Position numbers and translations under genes: made by a program | The notes under the pieces: generated by a model | Databases searched by the model: none | Seen by the model: the letters and a program-made list of their open reading frames with translations, nothing else | What the model was told of the DNA's origin: nothing | Source of the DNA: a virus | Lineage: Duplodnaviria; Caudoviricetes | Virus record (IMG/VR): IMGVR_UViG_3300025103_000160 | Location: 1 to 24,130 of that record | Length of the DNA stretch: 24,130 bases | Direction: 5' to 3' (one strand) | In this document: positions 1-8,492 of the stretch, piece by piece | Layout: every line of letters starts with the position of its first letter | How positions within the stretch are numbered: position 1 is the first letter of the stretch

Positions 1-1
1 A

Positions 2-499
2 GCGGGGACCGGGACATTCGTCCCTTTTAGAAAATTAGTAAATGTAATGTCCTCCTCTACTAATCACGTACCCACTTATACCGATGGAGCTAACGACGTA
101 TGGTATAAATTTCAATTCGATACAGCACAATTTATAGGTCCTGCGGTCTATAACGTAGACATTGTAGTAGTGGCTTCCATAGTTTGTCATGTGAACCCTG
201 TTACTTCGTATACTTATTACTCAGAATTGTATATGCGAGGAGTTACCGGATCAGGATATCTTTCAGGACTGTTAGTTAGGACTAGGGATTCTGACGAAAT
301 CGTAGATGCCTATGAGGGTCACTCCTCAGCTCAATCCGGTAATAATAATCAGATGAGGTTAAGTTATCATGGCCCTATAATCCCGGCTTACGGTTATTAC
401 AACAGAGAGGTATTTATGAATTTTAGAACTTACGGAAGTAACGGCTCACCTGGATTAAAGTACATAAATTGCCTAATCCAAGGCTATTATTTAGTTTAA
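2..499 (+). CDS. C-terminal part of a probable virion structural / tail-fibre-like protein (5' truncated by the window)
   Basis: The frame of ORF 47..499 is open back to base 2 (AGTGTFVPFRKLVNVM...). It is rich in Tyr/Gly/Ser/Asn with a beta-strand-like pattern and ends in LIQGYYLV. The product is inferred from composition only. Confidence 0.45.
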   Translation, partial: AGTGTFVPFRKLVNVMSSSTNHVPTYTDGANDVWYKFQFDTAQFIGPAVYNVDIVVVASIVCHVNPVTSYTYYSELYMRGVTGSGYLSGLLVRTRDSDEIVDAYEGHSSAQSGNNNQMRLSYHGPIIPAYGYYNREVFMNFRTYGSNGSPGLKYINCLIQGYYLV

Positions 500-522
500 A
501 CTCACAGCAACAAAAGTTATAA

Positions 523-872
523 ATGGAAATTTCAAAGAACGAGGAAATATTAGAAGAGCAAAGTCATGATGCTAATATTAAATTATTAGGCATATTAGAT
601 GACGATGAAGGGACTATTAGTTTCTTAAAAAGACTGTTCAATCGTCATCTCCCAATAAACCAAGATTATCTTGGTTTATGGATACCCTCACCTACAAATG
701 TAGTTCATTTTATGGTCATGATTGCAGAGGTATCGGTTCGAATTCTCGGGCCTATTCATCAAATTCAAACTTTATAACAATACCAGTTAATTCAACTTTA
801 ATAACAAATAATAGATATTCAGACCTAGAAATAAAGATTGTTGGTTACATAACACAAACAATATATAAATAA
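523..872 (+). pseudogene. Hypothetical gene apparently split by a -1 frameshift near 626-632 (ORFs 523..777 and 678..872)
   Basis: The acidic N-terminus MEISKNEE...GTISFLK can join the -1 frame (open from ~621: FLKKTVQSS...LEIKIVGYITQTIYK) at the A5 run in TTAAAAAGAC. Confidence 0.35.
864..871 (+). promoter_or_regulatory. T4-type late promoter TATAAATA
   Basis: Exact gp55-dependent late consensus, 20 nt upstream of ATG 892, with AAGGA as RBS. Confidence 0.75.
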
Positions 873-891
873 CCCGAAAAGGAATAAAATT

Positions 892-1224
892 ATGATTACA
901 CACCACTTTAGTTCACAATTACATAGAAAATTTGTTGAAAATGGTTTAGTGACAGATGGCGTATATACACCGCCAACAGAACCACTATTACTCAGTGATA
1001 TGTTCGACGATCTTTCAGTAGAACTATTACTAGTAGGATACTGCCCGGGGAAAGATGAATTATGCTCTCTACCCGAAGGTTTGAAACCGGAAGATTTGGG
1101 ACTATTAAGATCGTTTTGTATGAAGATTAAACAACTGCACAGACTTCTATTGGAAGAGAAGAGGACTATTAAAATGGTTACTTCCTTTGAATTAGAACAA
1201 CCCGATCCAGAACCAGAGGAGTAA
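892..1224 (+). CDS. Hypothetical protein, 110 aa
   Basis: ORF with RBS directly after a late promoter. No recognised motif. Confidence 0.7.
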   Translation: MITHHFSSQLHRKFVENGLVTDGVYTPPTEPLLLSDMFDDLSVELLLVGYCPGKDELCSLPEGLKPEDLGLLRSFCMKIKQLHRLLLEEKRTIKMVTSFELEQPDPEPEE

Positions 1225-1229
1225 TCCGA

Positions 1230-1379
1230 ATGGATGAAACAAAAGAACTGATAAATTTGATTTCTACGGGGAAAATTGGAAGCGCTAAAATTTCCCTTAA
1301 AAATCTATTAACAAAACGAGCACTAGAAAATATAGACAACCGAAAGGTGGCAATTGCTCGAAATCTATTCAAGGATTAA
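1230..1379 (+). CDS. gp67: Prohead core protein, gp67-like (49 aa, absent from the ORF track)
   Basis: MDETKELINLISTGKIGSAKISLKNLLTKRALENIDNRKVAIARNLFKD resembles T4 gp67 (...KIAIARNF...). GAGGAG RBS upstream; lies upstream of gp21. Confidence 0.75.
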   Translation: MDETKELINLISTGKIGSAKISLKNLLTKRALENIDNRKVAIARNLFKD

Positions 1380-1383
1380 TACA

Positions 1384-1764
1384 ATGGCGGCAAAAACCTT
1401 AATGGACATGAAGAAAACTTTCAACAAAGTTGAAGAGGTTGTAGTCGAGCAAGTAGTACAAGAAAATGAAACAGAAATATTGGTTGAAAATACACAAATA
1501 CTAAAACCAAAAGAAGAGACACCAACGACGCTTGTACAAAAAGCATTGAAAGAATCCGCAAAATCTGGTAAGAAAACTACTGTCAATTTTCAAGATGGTA
1601 ACAGTCTTGTAATCCAACCAGAATCTTCATCGATGATATATTCAACTTATACTTCTCTTTCTGAAACAAACAGAAAAGAGATGGATAAGATGCTTAATGA
1701 AAGTTTAGAGACATTTTCAAAAGTCATTTTTTTCACGTATAAAAATGCAAAAGAGACAAAATGA
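1384..1764 (+). CDS. Probable prohead core protein in the gp68 position
   Basis: Lies between gp67-like and gp21. Likely start is ATG 1384. Has L-x-E motifs (ILVE, ALKE) like gp21 cleavage sites. ATGA overlap with gp21. Confidence 0.55.
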   Translation: MAAKTLMDMKKTFNKVEEVVVEQVVQENETEILVENTQILKPKEETPTTLVQKALKESAKSGKKTTVNFQDGNSLVIQPESSSMIYSTYTSLSETNRKEMDKMLNESLETFSKVIFFTYKNAKETK

Positions 1765-2393
1765 AACTCATAACTGAAACATTAGACATAGAGATATTTT
1801 CCGAGGCGACACAAAACGGCAAAAAAGAATACTTTTTAGAAGGTATCTTTATGCAAGCGGACAAAAAGAACAAAAACGGACGTAATTACCCCCTTAAAAT
1901 GATGGTTCCTAAAGTAGATCAATACGTCGAAGAGTACGTCAAAACTAACAGGGCAGTGGGAGAATTGGGACATCCAAAAAATCCAGTAATAAATATGGAT
2001 AGGATTTCACATAGATTTCTAACCCTGGAAAGACAAGGAAATAATTTTGTTGGAAAAGCAAAGATACTTGATACTAGATTGGGACGAGAAGTAAAGGAAC
2101 TTATAAACGGGGAAGTGCGATTGGGTGCTTCATCTAGGGGACTAGGAACCGTAGTAAATGAGGATGTCCAAGGTGACTATTATATCGTTACACCATCTGA
2201 TATTGTTCACGATCCCTCAGCGCCGGATGCTTTTGTAAATGGTATCATGGAAGGCGTTGAATGGGTGTGGAATAATGGAATACTTACACCACAGGAATTA
2301 GAAGAATATAAACAAGAAATACACAATACACACAAAAATGGTCTAAAAGATAAGAAAATAGAAATCTATAAAAGGTATCTAAACCGATTATAA
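1761..2393 (+). CDS. gp21: Prohead core scaffold protein and protease
   Basis: MKLITE start; motifs GIFMQA, NGRNYP, GELGHP, GASSRGLG, DIVHDPSAPDAFV. Confidence 0.97.
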   Translation: MKLITETLDIEIFSEATQNGKKEYFLEGIFMQADKKNKNGRNYPLKMMVPKVDQYVEEYVKTNRAVGELGHPKNPVINMDRISHRFLTLERQGNNFVGKAKILDTRLGREVKELINGEVRLGASSRGLGTVVNEDVQGDYYIVTPSDIVHDPSAPDAFVNGIMEGVEWVWNNGILTPQELEEYKQEIHNTHKNGLKDKKIEIYKRYLNRL

Positions 2394-2401
2394 AATAAAT
2401 A
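2394..2401 (+). promoter_or_regulatory. Late promoter variant AATAAATA upstream of gp22
   Basis: One mismatch to TATAAATA, intergenic, at the expected position. Confidence 0.55.
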
Positions 2402-2431
2402 TTGAAAGAGACTATTTTAGGAGTTTAAATT

Positions 2432-3601
2432 ATGCCAGAAAAGATTAATGAAAATAACGAAGATGAAGTAATTCTAGTCGAAGAACTAGAGGATCTTGAC
2501 GAAGGTAAAAAGAAAGTCCAGAAAGAAGAAGATGACGAATCGGACGGCGAAGAAGAAACTGATGATCCCGATGATTCAGACGACGAAGATGAAGACGAGT
2601 CGAAAGATGAATCGGTAGATGCTGACGAAGATTCTACTATAGAGGAAGACATGGAGGATGCCTACATTGAAAGCGTTCTCGAAGAATTACCCGAAAGTAA
2701 ACTTGGTATGGTTCAATCATTCTATGAGATCATGAGCGATCTTACAGAAGACGAATTGAAAGCGCGATCTAAATTTATTGTCGAAAGTCTCTCAATGGAC
2801 ACTTCTAGATTAACGAATCGAAACTTTGATTTTGACATGATTGACTCTACTCTTGATGAAGATGTCGAAACTATTCTGGGTGAAGATGATGATCTGGACG
2901 AAGAAACAAAACTAAGAGCACGAACAATTTTTGAAGCTGCTGTGCTTCGAAGGGTAGACAAGTTACGCCAATCCGTTGAAAGTAATTATAAAGAGGATAT
3001 GGAAACCAGGCTTACTGAATACAAAGAAAAATTGTCAGAAGCGACAGACAGACTGTTAAATGACGCTATTAATGATTGGGTTCAAGAAAACGAACTTGCT
3101 ATCGTTTCTGGTGTTAAATCTGAAATCACTGAAAATTTCATCATGGAAATGAGAAATGTTTTTAAAGAAAATTATATCGAATTACCTGATAACAAAGAAA
3201 ATCTGGTTGAAACTCTTCAATCTAAAGTGGATGAATTGGAACAACTAGCTGGTGATGAGGTCGATTTAAAATCAACATTACAAGAAGAGAACGAAGCACT
3301 AAGAATAAAACTTATTTTTCAAGAAGCTTGTGAAGGATTGACAGAAAATGAAAAAGAAAGTTTCCAAGAATTAGCGGAACATCTTAAGTACACTGGTGAC
3401 GAAGAATACACTAGTGGATTGAAACTTATTAAGGAAAGCGTCTATTCAAACAGTTCAGATGACGATTCGGAATATCATTTGATTGATGAGGACGTGGACT
3501 TTGGTCTTGTAGATACCGAAGGTGTTGAAGATGATGATGATGGAGAAATTGAAACATCTGAACCAATCGTAAGAGCGGTTGTAGACCAACTCTCAAAATA
3601 A
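2432..3601 (+). CDS. gp22: Prohead core scaffolding protein
   Basis: Acidic coiled-coil protein between gp21 and gp23. Motifs ARTIFEAAV, WVQENELAIVSGVKSEITENF, FKENYIELP. AGGAG RBS. Confidence 0.93.
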   Translation: MPEKINENNEDEVILVEELEDLDEGKKKVQKEEDDESDGEEETDDPDDSDDEDEDESKDESVDADEDSTIEEDMEDAYIESVLEELPESKLGMVQSFYEIMSDLTEDELKARSKFIVESLSMDTSRLTNRNFDFDMIDSTLDEDVETILGEDDDLDEETKLRARTIFEAAVLRRVDKLRQSVESNYKEDMETRLTEYKEKLSEATDRLLNDAINDWVQENELAIVSGVKSEITENFIMEMRNVFKENYIELPDNKENLVETLQSKVDELEQLAGDEVDLKSTLQEENEALRIKLIFQEACEGLTENEKESFQELAEHLKYTGDEEYTSGLKLIKESVYSNSSDDDSEYHLIDEDVDFGLVDTEGVEDDDDGEIETSEPIVRAVVDQLSK

Positions 3602-3609
3602 TAAGGATT

Positions 3610-3617
3610 TATAAATA
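3610..3617 (+). promoter_or_regulatory. T4-type late promoter TATAAATA for gp23
   Basis: Exact consensus in the gp22-gp23 intergenic gap. Confidence 0.85.
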
Positions 3618-3640
3618 AAAATAGAATTTCATAGGAGAAA

Positions 3641-4930
3641 ATGAAAATGCCAAACACTAATCAAAATATCAATCAACTTTTGGAAAAATGGGGTCCGGTT
3701 CTGGATCATGAAGATCTACCTGGTATCACCGATCCAAACAAACGAAAAGCAATCGCTGTACTATTGGAAAACCAAGAAAAAGATTCTCAAGAAAGTAAAA
3801 CTGGTGGATATGGTCTTTTGAATGAGGCATCAATTACTAACGCAACAGGAGCATCGGTTGCTAATTTTGATCCTATCTTGATTTCAATGTTAAGGCGTTC
3901 AACACCAAATCTAATCGCTTTTGATATCATGGGTGTACAACCGATGAGCGGACCAACTGGATTGGTATTCGCTATGAGAAGTAAGTATACCTCTCAGGGT
4001 GGAACTGAAGCTCTTTTCAGTGAATCAGACACTGACTTTTCTTCTGGAACTGGAACACACGCAGGAACAGACCCATTCGATACTTATACTACCGGTGGGG
4101 GTATGACAACTGCAACCGCTGAAGCACTTGGACTTTCGGGGGAACAAGATTTCGCTGAAATGGCATTCTCTATCGAAAAGATTTCGGTAACTGCAAAATC
4201 AAGAGCGTTGAAAGCTGAATACACTTTGGAATTGGCGCAGGATCTTAAAGCGATTCATAACCTTGATGCTGAATCTGAATTGTCTTCAATTCTTTCTACT
4301 GAAATCATGTCAGAGATTAACCGAGAAATGATTAGAAAAATTAACTTCTCTGCTACCGCTGGTGCACAAACAGATACAGCTACCGCTGGAACTTTTGACC
4401 TTGATGTGGATTCAAACGGACGTTGGTCTGTAGAGAAATTCAAGGGTCTTATGTTTAACATTGAACGAGATGCTAACGCTATTGCAAAGGCAACCAGACG
4501 AGGAAGAGGAAACATTATCCTTTGTTCATCTGATACCGCTTCAGCACTCGCTATGACAGGTGTTTTGGATTACAACCCCGCACTTCAACAAAATCTATCA
4601 GTTGATGATACTGGATCAACTTTCGCTGGTGTTTTGAACAACAAATATAGACTTTACATTGATCCATATGTATCTGGTGTAGAATATTACACGATTGGAT
4701 ACAAGGGAAGTTCTGCTTTCGATGCTGGATTGTTCTACTGTCCATACGTACCGCTACAAATGGTTCGTGCTATGGGTGAGAATACATTTCAACCAAAAAT
4801 CGGATTCAAGACTCGATACGGATTGGTTGCTAACCCATTCGCAACAACTGATGCTGATGGTGTTGTCGGAAGTGGCGCAGACCAAAAGAACAAATACTAC
4901 CGTATTGTTAAAGTAACAAACTTGATGTAA
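3641..4930 (+). CDS. gp23: Major capsid protein (start may be ATG 3647)
   Basis: Motifs LLEKWGPVL, PNLIAFDIMGVQPMSGPTGLVFAMR, SRALKAEYTLELAQDLKAIH, FYCPYVPL, FQPKIGFKTRYG. Confidence 0.99.
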   Translation: MKMPNTNQNINQLLEKWGPVLDHEDLPGITDPNKRKAIAVLLENQEKDSQESKTGGYGLLNEASITNATGASVANFDPILISMLRRSTPNLIAFDIMGVQPMSGPTGLVFAMRSKYTSQGGTEALFSESDTDFSSGTGTHAGTDPFDTYTTGGGMTTATAEALGLSGEQDFAEMAFSIEKISVTAKSRALKAEYTLELAQDLKAIHNLDAESELSSILSTEIMSEINREMIRKINFSATAGAQTDTATAGTFDLDVDSNGRWSVEKFKGLMFNIERDANAIAKATRRGRGNIILCSSDTASALAMTGVLDYNPALQQNLSVDDTGSTFAGVLNNKYRLYIDPYVSGVEYYTIGYKGSSAFDAGLFYCPYVPLQMVRAMGENTFQPKIGFKTRYGLVANPFATTDADGVVGSGADQKNKYYRIVKVTNLM

Positions 4931-4949
4931 TCATCAAATACGAGAAACT

Positions 4950-4979
4950 AAAAAGGATGCCCAAAAGGTGTCCTTTTTT
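4950..4979 (+). terminator. Rho-independent terminator after gp23
   Basis: Stem AAAAGGATGCC / GGTGTCCTTTT with G-U pairs, followed by a T tract. Confidence 0.85.
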
Positions 4980-4997
4980 GGTTTAGCGCGGTTTTTA

Positions 4998-5005
4998 TAT
5001 AAATA
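4998..5005 (+). promoter_or_regulatory. T4-type late promoter TATAAATA
   Basis: Exact consensus just after the gp23 terminator, followed by GAGG RBS and ATG 5023. Confidence 0.85.
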
Positions 5006-5022
5006 AACATAGAGGTATTAAA

Positions 5023-5223
5023 ATGTCAAATTTAATGGAGAAAACTTTGAAATATATGGATGGGGATTTCTTATGTGAAGCAAAATCCGAAAATCCACAA
5101 ATCAAAAAACTAACAAAAGATTTAGAAAAGATTATAAAGCAGGAGGGCGATCTTGTTAATATAAAAGATCGTTGGAATGTTCAAGCAAAATATAACAAAA
5201 TAAAGAAACAATTGAAAAAATGA
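5023..5223 (+). CDS. Small basic late protein, possible internal head protein
   Basis: Has a late promoter and RBS. FLCE-A resembles a gp21 cleavage site and is followed by a Lys-rich helix. Confidence 0.65.
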   Translation: MSNLMEKTLKYMDGDFLCEAKSENPQIKKLTKDLEKIIKQEGDLVNIKDRWNVQAKYNKIKKQLKK

Positions 5224-5885
5224 TGCGATACTCTGTTAAAAATTACTTGGATGAAGGGAAGAAATTTATCAAGGGTTCGCCCAGTATTGAAGATATGGTC
5301 GACTCTTACGAACATTTGACTAGTTCTGAGAGATTGGGTATGATAGGCGCTTTCAAGAAACATAAAATGTCATTTGATAGAGAGGATAGAAAGATATTCC
5401 AGTTAAATATTCCAAAAATCAACAAATCGGTTTGGGTTGGTCCGGAGTACGCTGTCAAAGAACAAACATTAGATGGAGATATCCCGCTGTATTCTATAAA
5501 CAAAGACGATCAAACAGTTAAAGTGGTATCAACACACAGGAATTCAAAAGAAGAAACAACAACAGAAGTTCCATTTAAGATTGTAAATAAAGGTAGGAAA
5601 GCTATTATAACATTCATACAAAATGACGATGATAAACTGAATCCTTCACACTTCCTCAGACAAGACTCAAAATCAAGTAATTTACACGAACATATAACAA
5701 AGAAAGAAGTACCCCCAATAAAAAGTGTCGATGAATTCGAAGCTCGAGAAATTTATGAAAAAATCCTATTGCTTATAAAGGATAATTCGGCGTGGAAGGG
5801 TGTTTCTTCCTCAACCTCAACTTGGTGGTTGAAGAAAATGGAAGCATTCAAAAAAGCTGCATCACCGAAGAATACAAAATACTGA
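5220..5885 (+). CDS. Hypothetical late protein, possible internal head protein
   Basis: 221 aa, ATGA-coupled to the upstream ORF. The N-terminus MRYSVKNYLDE resembles a capsid-targeting sequence. Confidence 0.7.
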   Translation: MMRYSVKNYLDEGKKFIKGSPSIEDMVDSYEHLTSSERLGMIGAFKKHKMSFDREDRKIFQLNIPKINKSVWVGPEYAVKEQTLDGDIPLYSINKDDQTVKVVSTHRNSKEETTTEVPFKIVNKGRKAIITFIQNDDDKLNPSHFLRQDSKSSNLHEHITKKEVPPIKSVDEFEAREIYEKILLLIKDNSAWKGVSSSTSTWWLKKMEAFKKAASPKNTKY

Positions 5886-5893
5886 CCTAAATA
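5886..5893 (+). promoter_or_regulatory. Late promoter variant CCTAAATA upstream of gp3
   Basis: TAAATA core in a 14-nt intergenic gap before a structural gene. Confidence 0.5.
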
Positions 5894-5899
5894 ACTTTC

Positions 5900-6409
5900 A
5901 TGAGTGAGAGTTTAAACAACAATATAACCAGGAATCTAACACAAAACTTAAATTTTGAAATTGTGTTTAGCGCTTTTCCCGGAATGGAATATCACTGTTC
6001 CTCGGTGTCTTTTCCCGGAATGAATCTCAGTGGACCCAAAATCCCAAACCAAATGTTAGCAGTACCTTTACAGGGCGACCATATTGAATTCGACGATCTT
6101 TCAGTAACATTCAACATTGATGAAGAATTCAAGAATTATTTTGAGTTATATGATCGATTTGTAAAATGTGCTCCAATTAACGATTCTAGCACTCATGTGA
6201 ATTTAACTGATGGAACTGTTATGGGTGATGTAAAATTGATAATATTGTCAAATAATAAAAATCCCATCAAGGTTATCGATTTTATCGGTCTTATACCGAG
6301 AACTTTATCAGGATTCGAATTATCCGCACAGACACCAGAACCAGAACCAATACCAGCAACCGCAACATTCTCATATTTAAAGTTTGAAGAAAATACAGAA
6401 GCTTTGTAA
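5900..6409 (+). CDS. gp3: Tail completion / sheath stabiliser protein
   Basis: Motifs SVSFPGMNL, GDHIEFDDLSVTFNIDEEFKNYFELY, LIILSNNKNP, ATATFSY. Conserved gp23-gp3-uvsY-uvsW synteny. Confidence 0.88.
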   Translation: MSESLNNNITRNLTQNLNFEIVFSAFPGMEYHCSSVSFPGMNLSGPKIPNQMLAVPLQGDHIEFDDLSVTFNIDEEFKNYFELYDRFVKCAPINDSSTHVNLTDGTVMGDVKLIILSNNKNPIKVIDFIGLIPRTLSGFELSAQTPEPEPIPATATFSYLKFEENTEAL

Positions 6410-6419
6410 GGGGTTTATT

Positions 6420-6872
6420 ATGACGAGAAAGTGCGTACCACTTTCAACTATTGAGGAATTCTGGGCAAAAGACAGAATTATAACTGAAGACAATTTGAGC
6501 GATTTCAACAAAGGAATTCCAAATCTTCACGGAAAATATCATGAGTTCTATAATACCGAGTGTATCAATCGACGACAATTAGAAAACCAAAAGAAAAAGT
6601 TATATTTGGATTTAAAGCGATACTACTTGGGTATCATGTCATTACCAGAAATAAAATTATTGAAACGAGAACCATGTCAATTCAAATTACTAAAAACTGA
6701 AGTTGATGAATATATCAGAGCGGACGATGAATACTGTGAACACGCTAGAATCGTTGCAACTTCAGAGACAAAATTAAAATATCTCGAATCTATACTACAG
6801 ACAGTGAATAGACTAAGTTTTGTTGTCAAGACTCAATTTGATCTTATAAAGTACAGAAATGGTGAATTCTAA
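6420..6872 (+). CDS. uvsY: Recombination mediator UvsY
   Basis: Motifs WAKD, IPNLHGKY, YYLG, LKTEVDEYIRADDE. Lies between gp3 and uvsW. Likely start is ATG 6420. Confidence 0.9.
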   Translation: MTRKCVPLSTIEEFWAKDRIITEDNLSDFNKGIPNLHGKYHEFYNTECINRRQLENQKKKLYLDLKRYYLGIMSLPEIKLLKREPCQFKLLKTEVDEYIRADDEYCEHARIVATSETKLKYLESILQTVNRLSFVVKTQFDLIKYRNGEF

Positions 6873-8367
6873 AAACTACGACATAATAATTGAAACCCTA
6901 GATGAGGTTAATGTAAGGATACGCGCCGAAAAGCATGTTCTCTTTGAATTAGCGGACTATTTTACGTACAACGTAGAAAACTTCCACTATATGAAGCATC
7001 GAAATAAGCATTTAAGGGATTGGGATGGCAAGATAAGATTATTCAATACATTCGACAGAAAGATACTGAGAGGTCTTGTAAGCAGGGTTGTTGAATTTGC
7101 TCAACGTGCTGGATACTCGGTTAAAGATGAATCATTCGAGGAACCGGAAGAAATAAACGAAGAGTGGTTTCGAATAATGAAGAAAACTCTGCCATTTGAG
7201 ATTAGAGATTATCAAGAACTCAGTTTCAGAGAGATGATTAAACGTCAACGATCACTATTAGTTTCACCAACAGCAAGCGGAAAATCCCTGATGATTTATT
7301 TAATGATGAGATGGTGTCTTGATAATGTCGGTGGAAGATTTTTAATCGTAGTCCCAAATGTTGCGCTTGTTCATCAAATGGAAGGGGATTTTTTAGAATA
7401 TTCAAAAAACTCTAATTGGAAAGCTTCTGAACATATACAATCGATATACTCTGGACAGACGAAAAATTTTGAAAAAGATGTAGTAATAACGACTTGGCAA
7501 TCCATCTATAAATTACCCAAAACCCATTTTAAAGACGTTTTAAGCGTGGTAGGTGACGAGGCACACCTCTATAAGGCAAAGTCACTAGAAACAATCATGA
7601 AGCGCTTAAACCATGCTAAATATCGCTGTGGGACGACAGGAACCCTTGATGATCTAAAAATACATCGATTAGTGCTAGAAGGGATCTTTGGTAAATCTTT
7701 CAAGGTTACTAATACTAAAGATTTGATGAATAAAGATTTTCTAAGTCAACTTGATATAAAATTACTAAGGTTAAAATACCCACCAGAAGAGGCAAAGAAG
7801 GTATCCCATTTAGATTACCATAAGGAAGTTGACCATGTTATTAGCCATACTACTAGAAATGAATTTATAACCAAACTAGCAAGGACACTAAATGGTAATA
7901 CTTTGATACTTTTTAACTACGTAGATAAACATGGTAGGGTTTTGTATGATTTATTAAAGAAGACTACTAGTAAACCAGTATATTTTATTCATGGTGGTGT
8001 AGATGCTAAAATAAGAGATGATATCAGGTCTTTAATAGAAATAAAATCTGATGCTATAATCTTAGCTAGCTATGGTACCTTCTCTACTGGCATAAATGTT
8101 AAACGAATAGATAATATGATTTTAGCTGGATCTATAAAATCTAAAATAAGAACACTACAATCTATTGGTAGAGGACTAAGGTTATCTAAGCATAAAAGTA
8201 AATGTAACTTATATGACATTTGTGATGATTTTATAGTAAATGGTAAAGGTAATTATTTATTTAACCATTCACTAGAAAGATTACAATACTACTATAATGA
8301 GGGTTTTAAGGTCATTACTAAAAGTTATAAATTACAAAATGGACTTATTAGTCCCATACGAACGTAG
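6859..8367 (+). CDS. uvsW: SF2 DNA/RNA helicase UvsW
   Basis: Motifs RDYQ, SPTASGKS, TTWQS, GDEAH, GTTGTL, ASYGTFSTGIN, LQSIGRGLR. Confidence 0.98.
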   Translation: MVNSKNYDIIIETLDEVNVRIRAEKHVLFELADYFTYNVENFHYMKHRNKHLRDWDGKIRLFNTFDRKILRGLVSRVVEFAQRAGYSVKDESFEEPEEINEEWFRIMKKTLPFEIRDYQELSFREMIKRQRSLLVSPTASGKSLMIYLMMRWCLDNVGGRFLIVVPNVALVHQMEGDFLEYSKNSNWKASEHIQSIYSGQTKNFEKDVVITTWQSIYKLPKTHFKDVLSVVGDEAHLYKAKSLETIMKRLNHAKYRCGTTGTLDDLKIHRLVLEGIFGKSFKVTNTKDLMNKDFLSQLDIKLLRLKYPPEEAKKVSHLDYHKEVDHVISHTTRNEFITKLARTLNGNTLILFNYVDKHGRVLYDLLKKTTSKPVYFIHGGVDAKIRDDIRSLIEIKSDAIILASYGTFSTGINVKRIDNMILAGSIKSKIRTLQSIGRGLRLSKHKSKCNLYDICDDFIVNGKGNYLFNHSLERLQYYYNEGFKVITKSYKLQNGLISPIRT

Positions 8368-8389
8368 TGAGTATTGGGACTATCATAAG
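8344..8389 (+). other. Hairpin 1, overlapping the uvsW stop codon
   Basis: CTTAT-TAGTCCCA-TAC pairs with GTA-T-TGGGACTA-TC-ATAAG around the loop GAACGTAGTGA. Confidence 0.8.
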
Positions 8390-8412
8390 CGTAGCGTAGC
8401 GTAGCGGGTAGC
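8389..8412. repeat. (GTAGC)n short tandem repeat
   Basis: GC-GTAGC-GTAGC-GTAGC-GG-GTAGC. Confidence 0.85.
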
Positions 8413-8492
8413 AGTTATTTTTATCAAAACTAAAATAGTTTGTAATTTGGGGTAAAAAACCACCTACATAATAACTATAGTATTAAAGTTAT

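Noticed and set aside
11-28. GGGAC-ATTC-GTCCC-TTTT hairpin as a terminator or DGR hairpin
   Set aside because: It has only a 5-bp stem and lies inside an open frame at the window edge. No reverse transcriptase or adenine-mismatched TR/VR pair is visible.
2480-2660. GAY/GAR low-complexity stretch in gp22
   Set aside because: Acidic linkers are ordinary in T4-like scaffolding proteins.
5973-6022. 14-bp direct repeat CTTTTCCCGGAATG in gp3
   Set aside because: It is in frame and encodes FPGM twice, so it is explained by the protein sequence.
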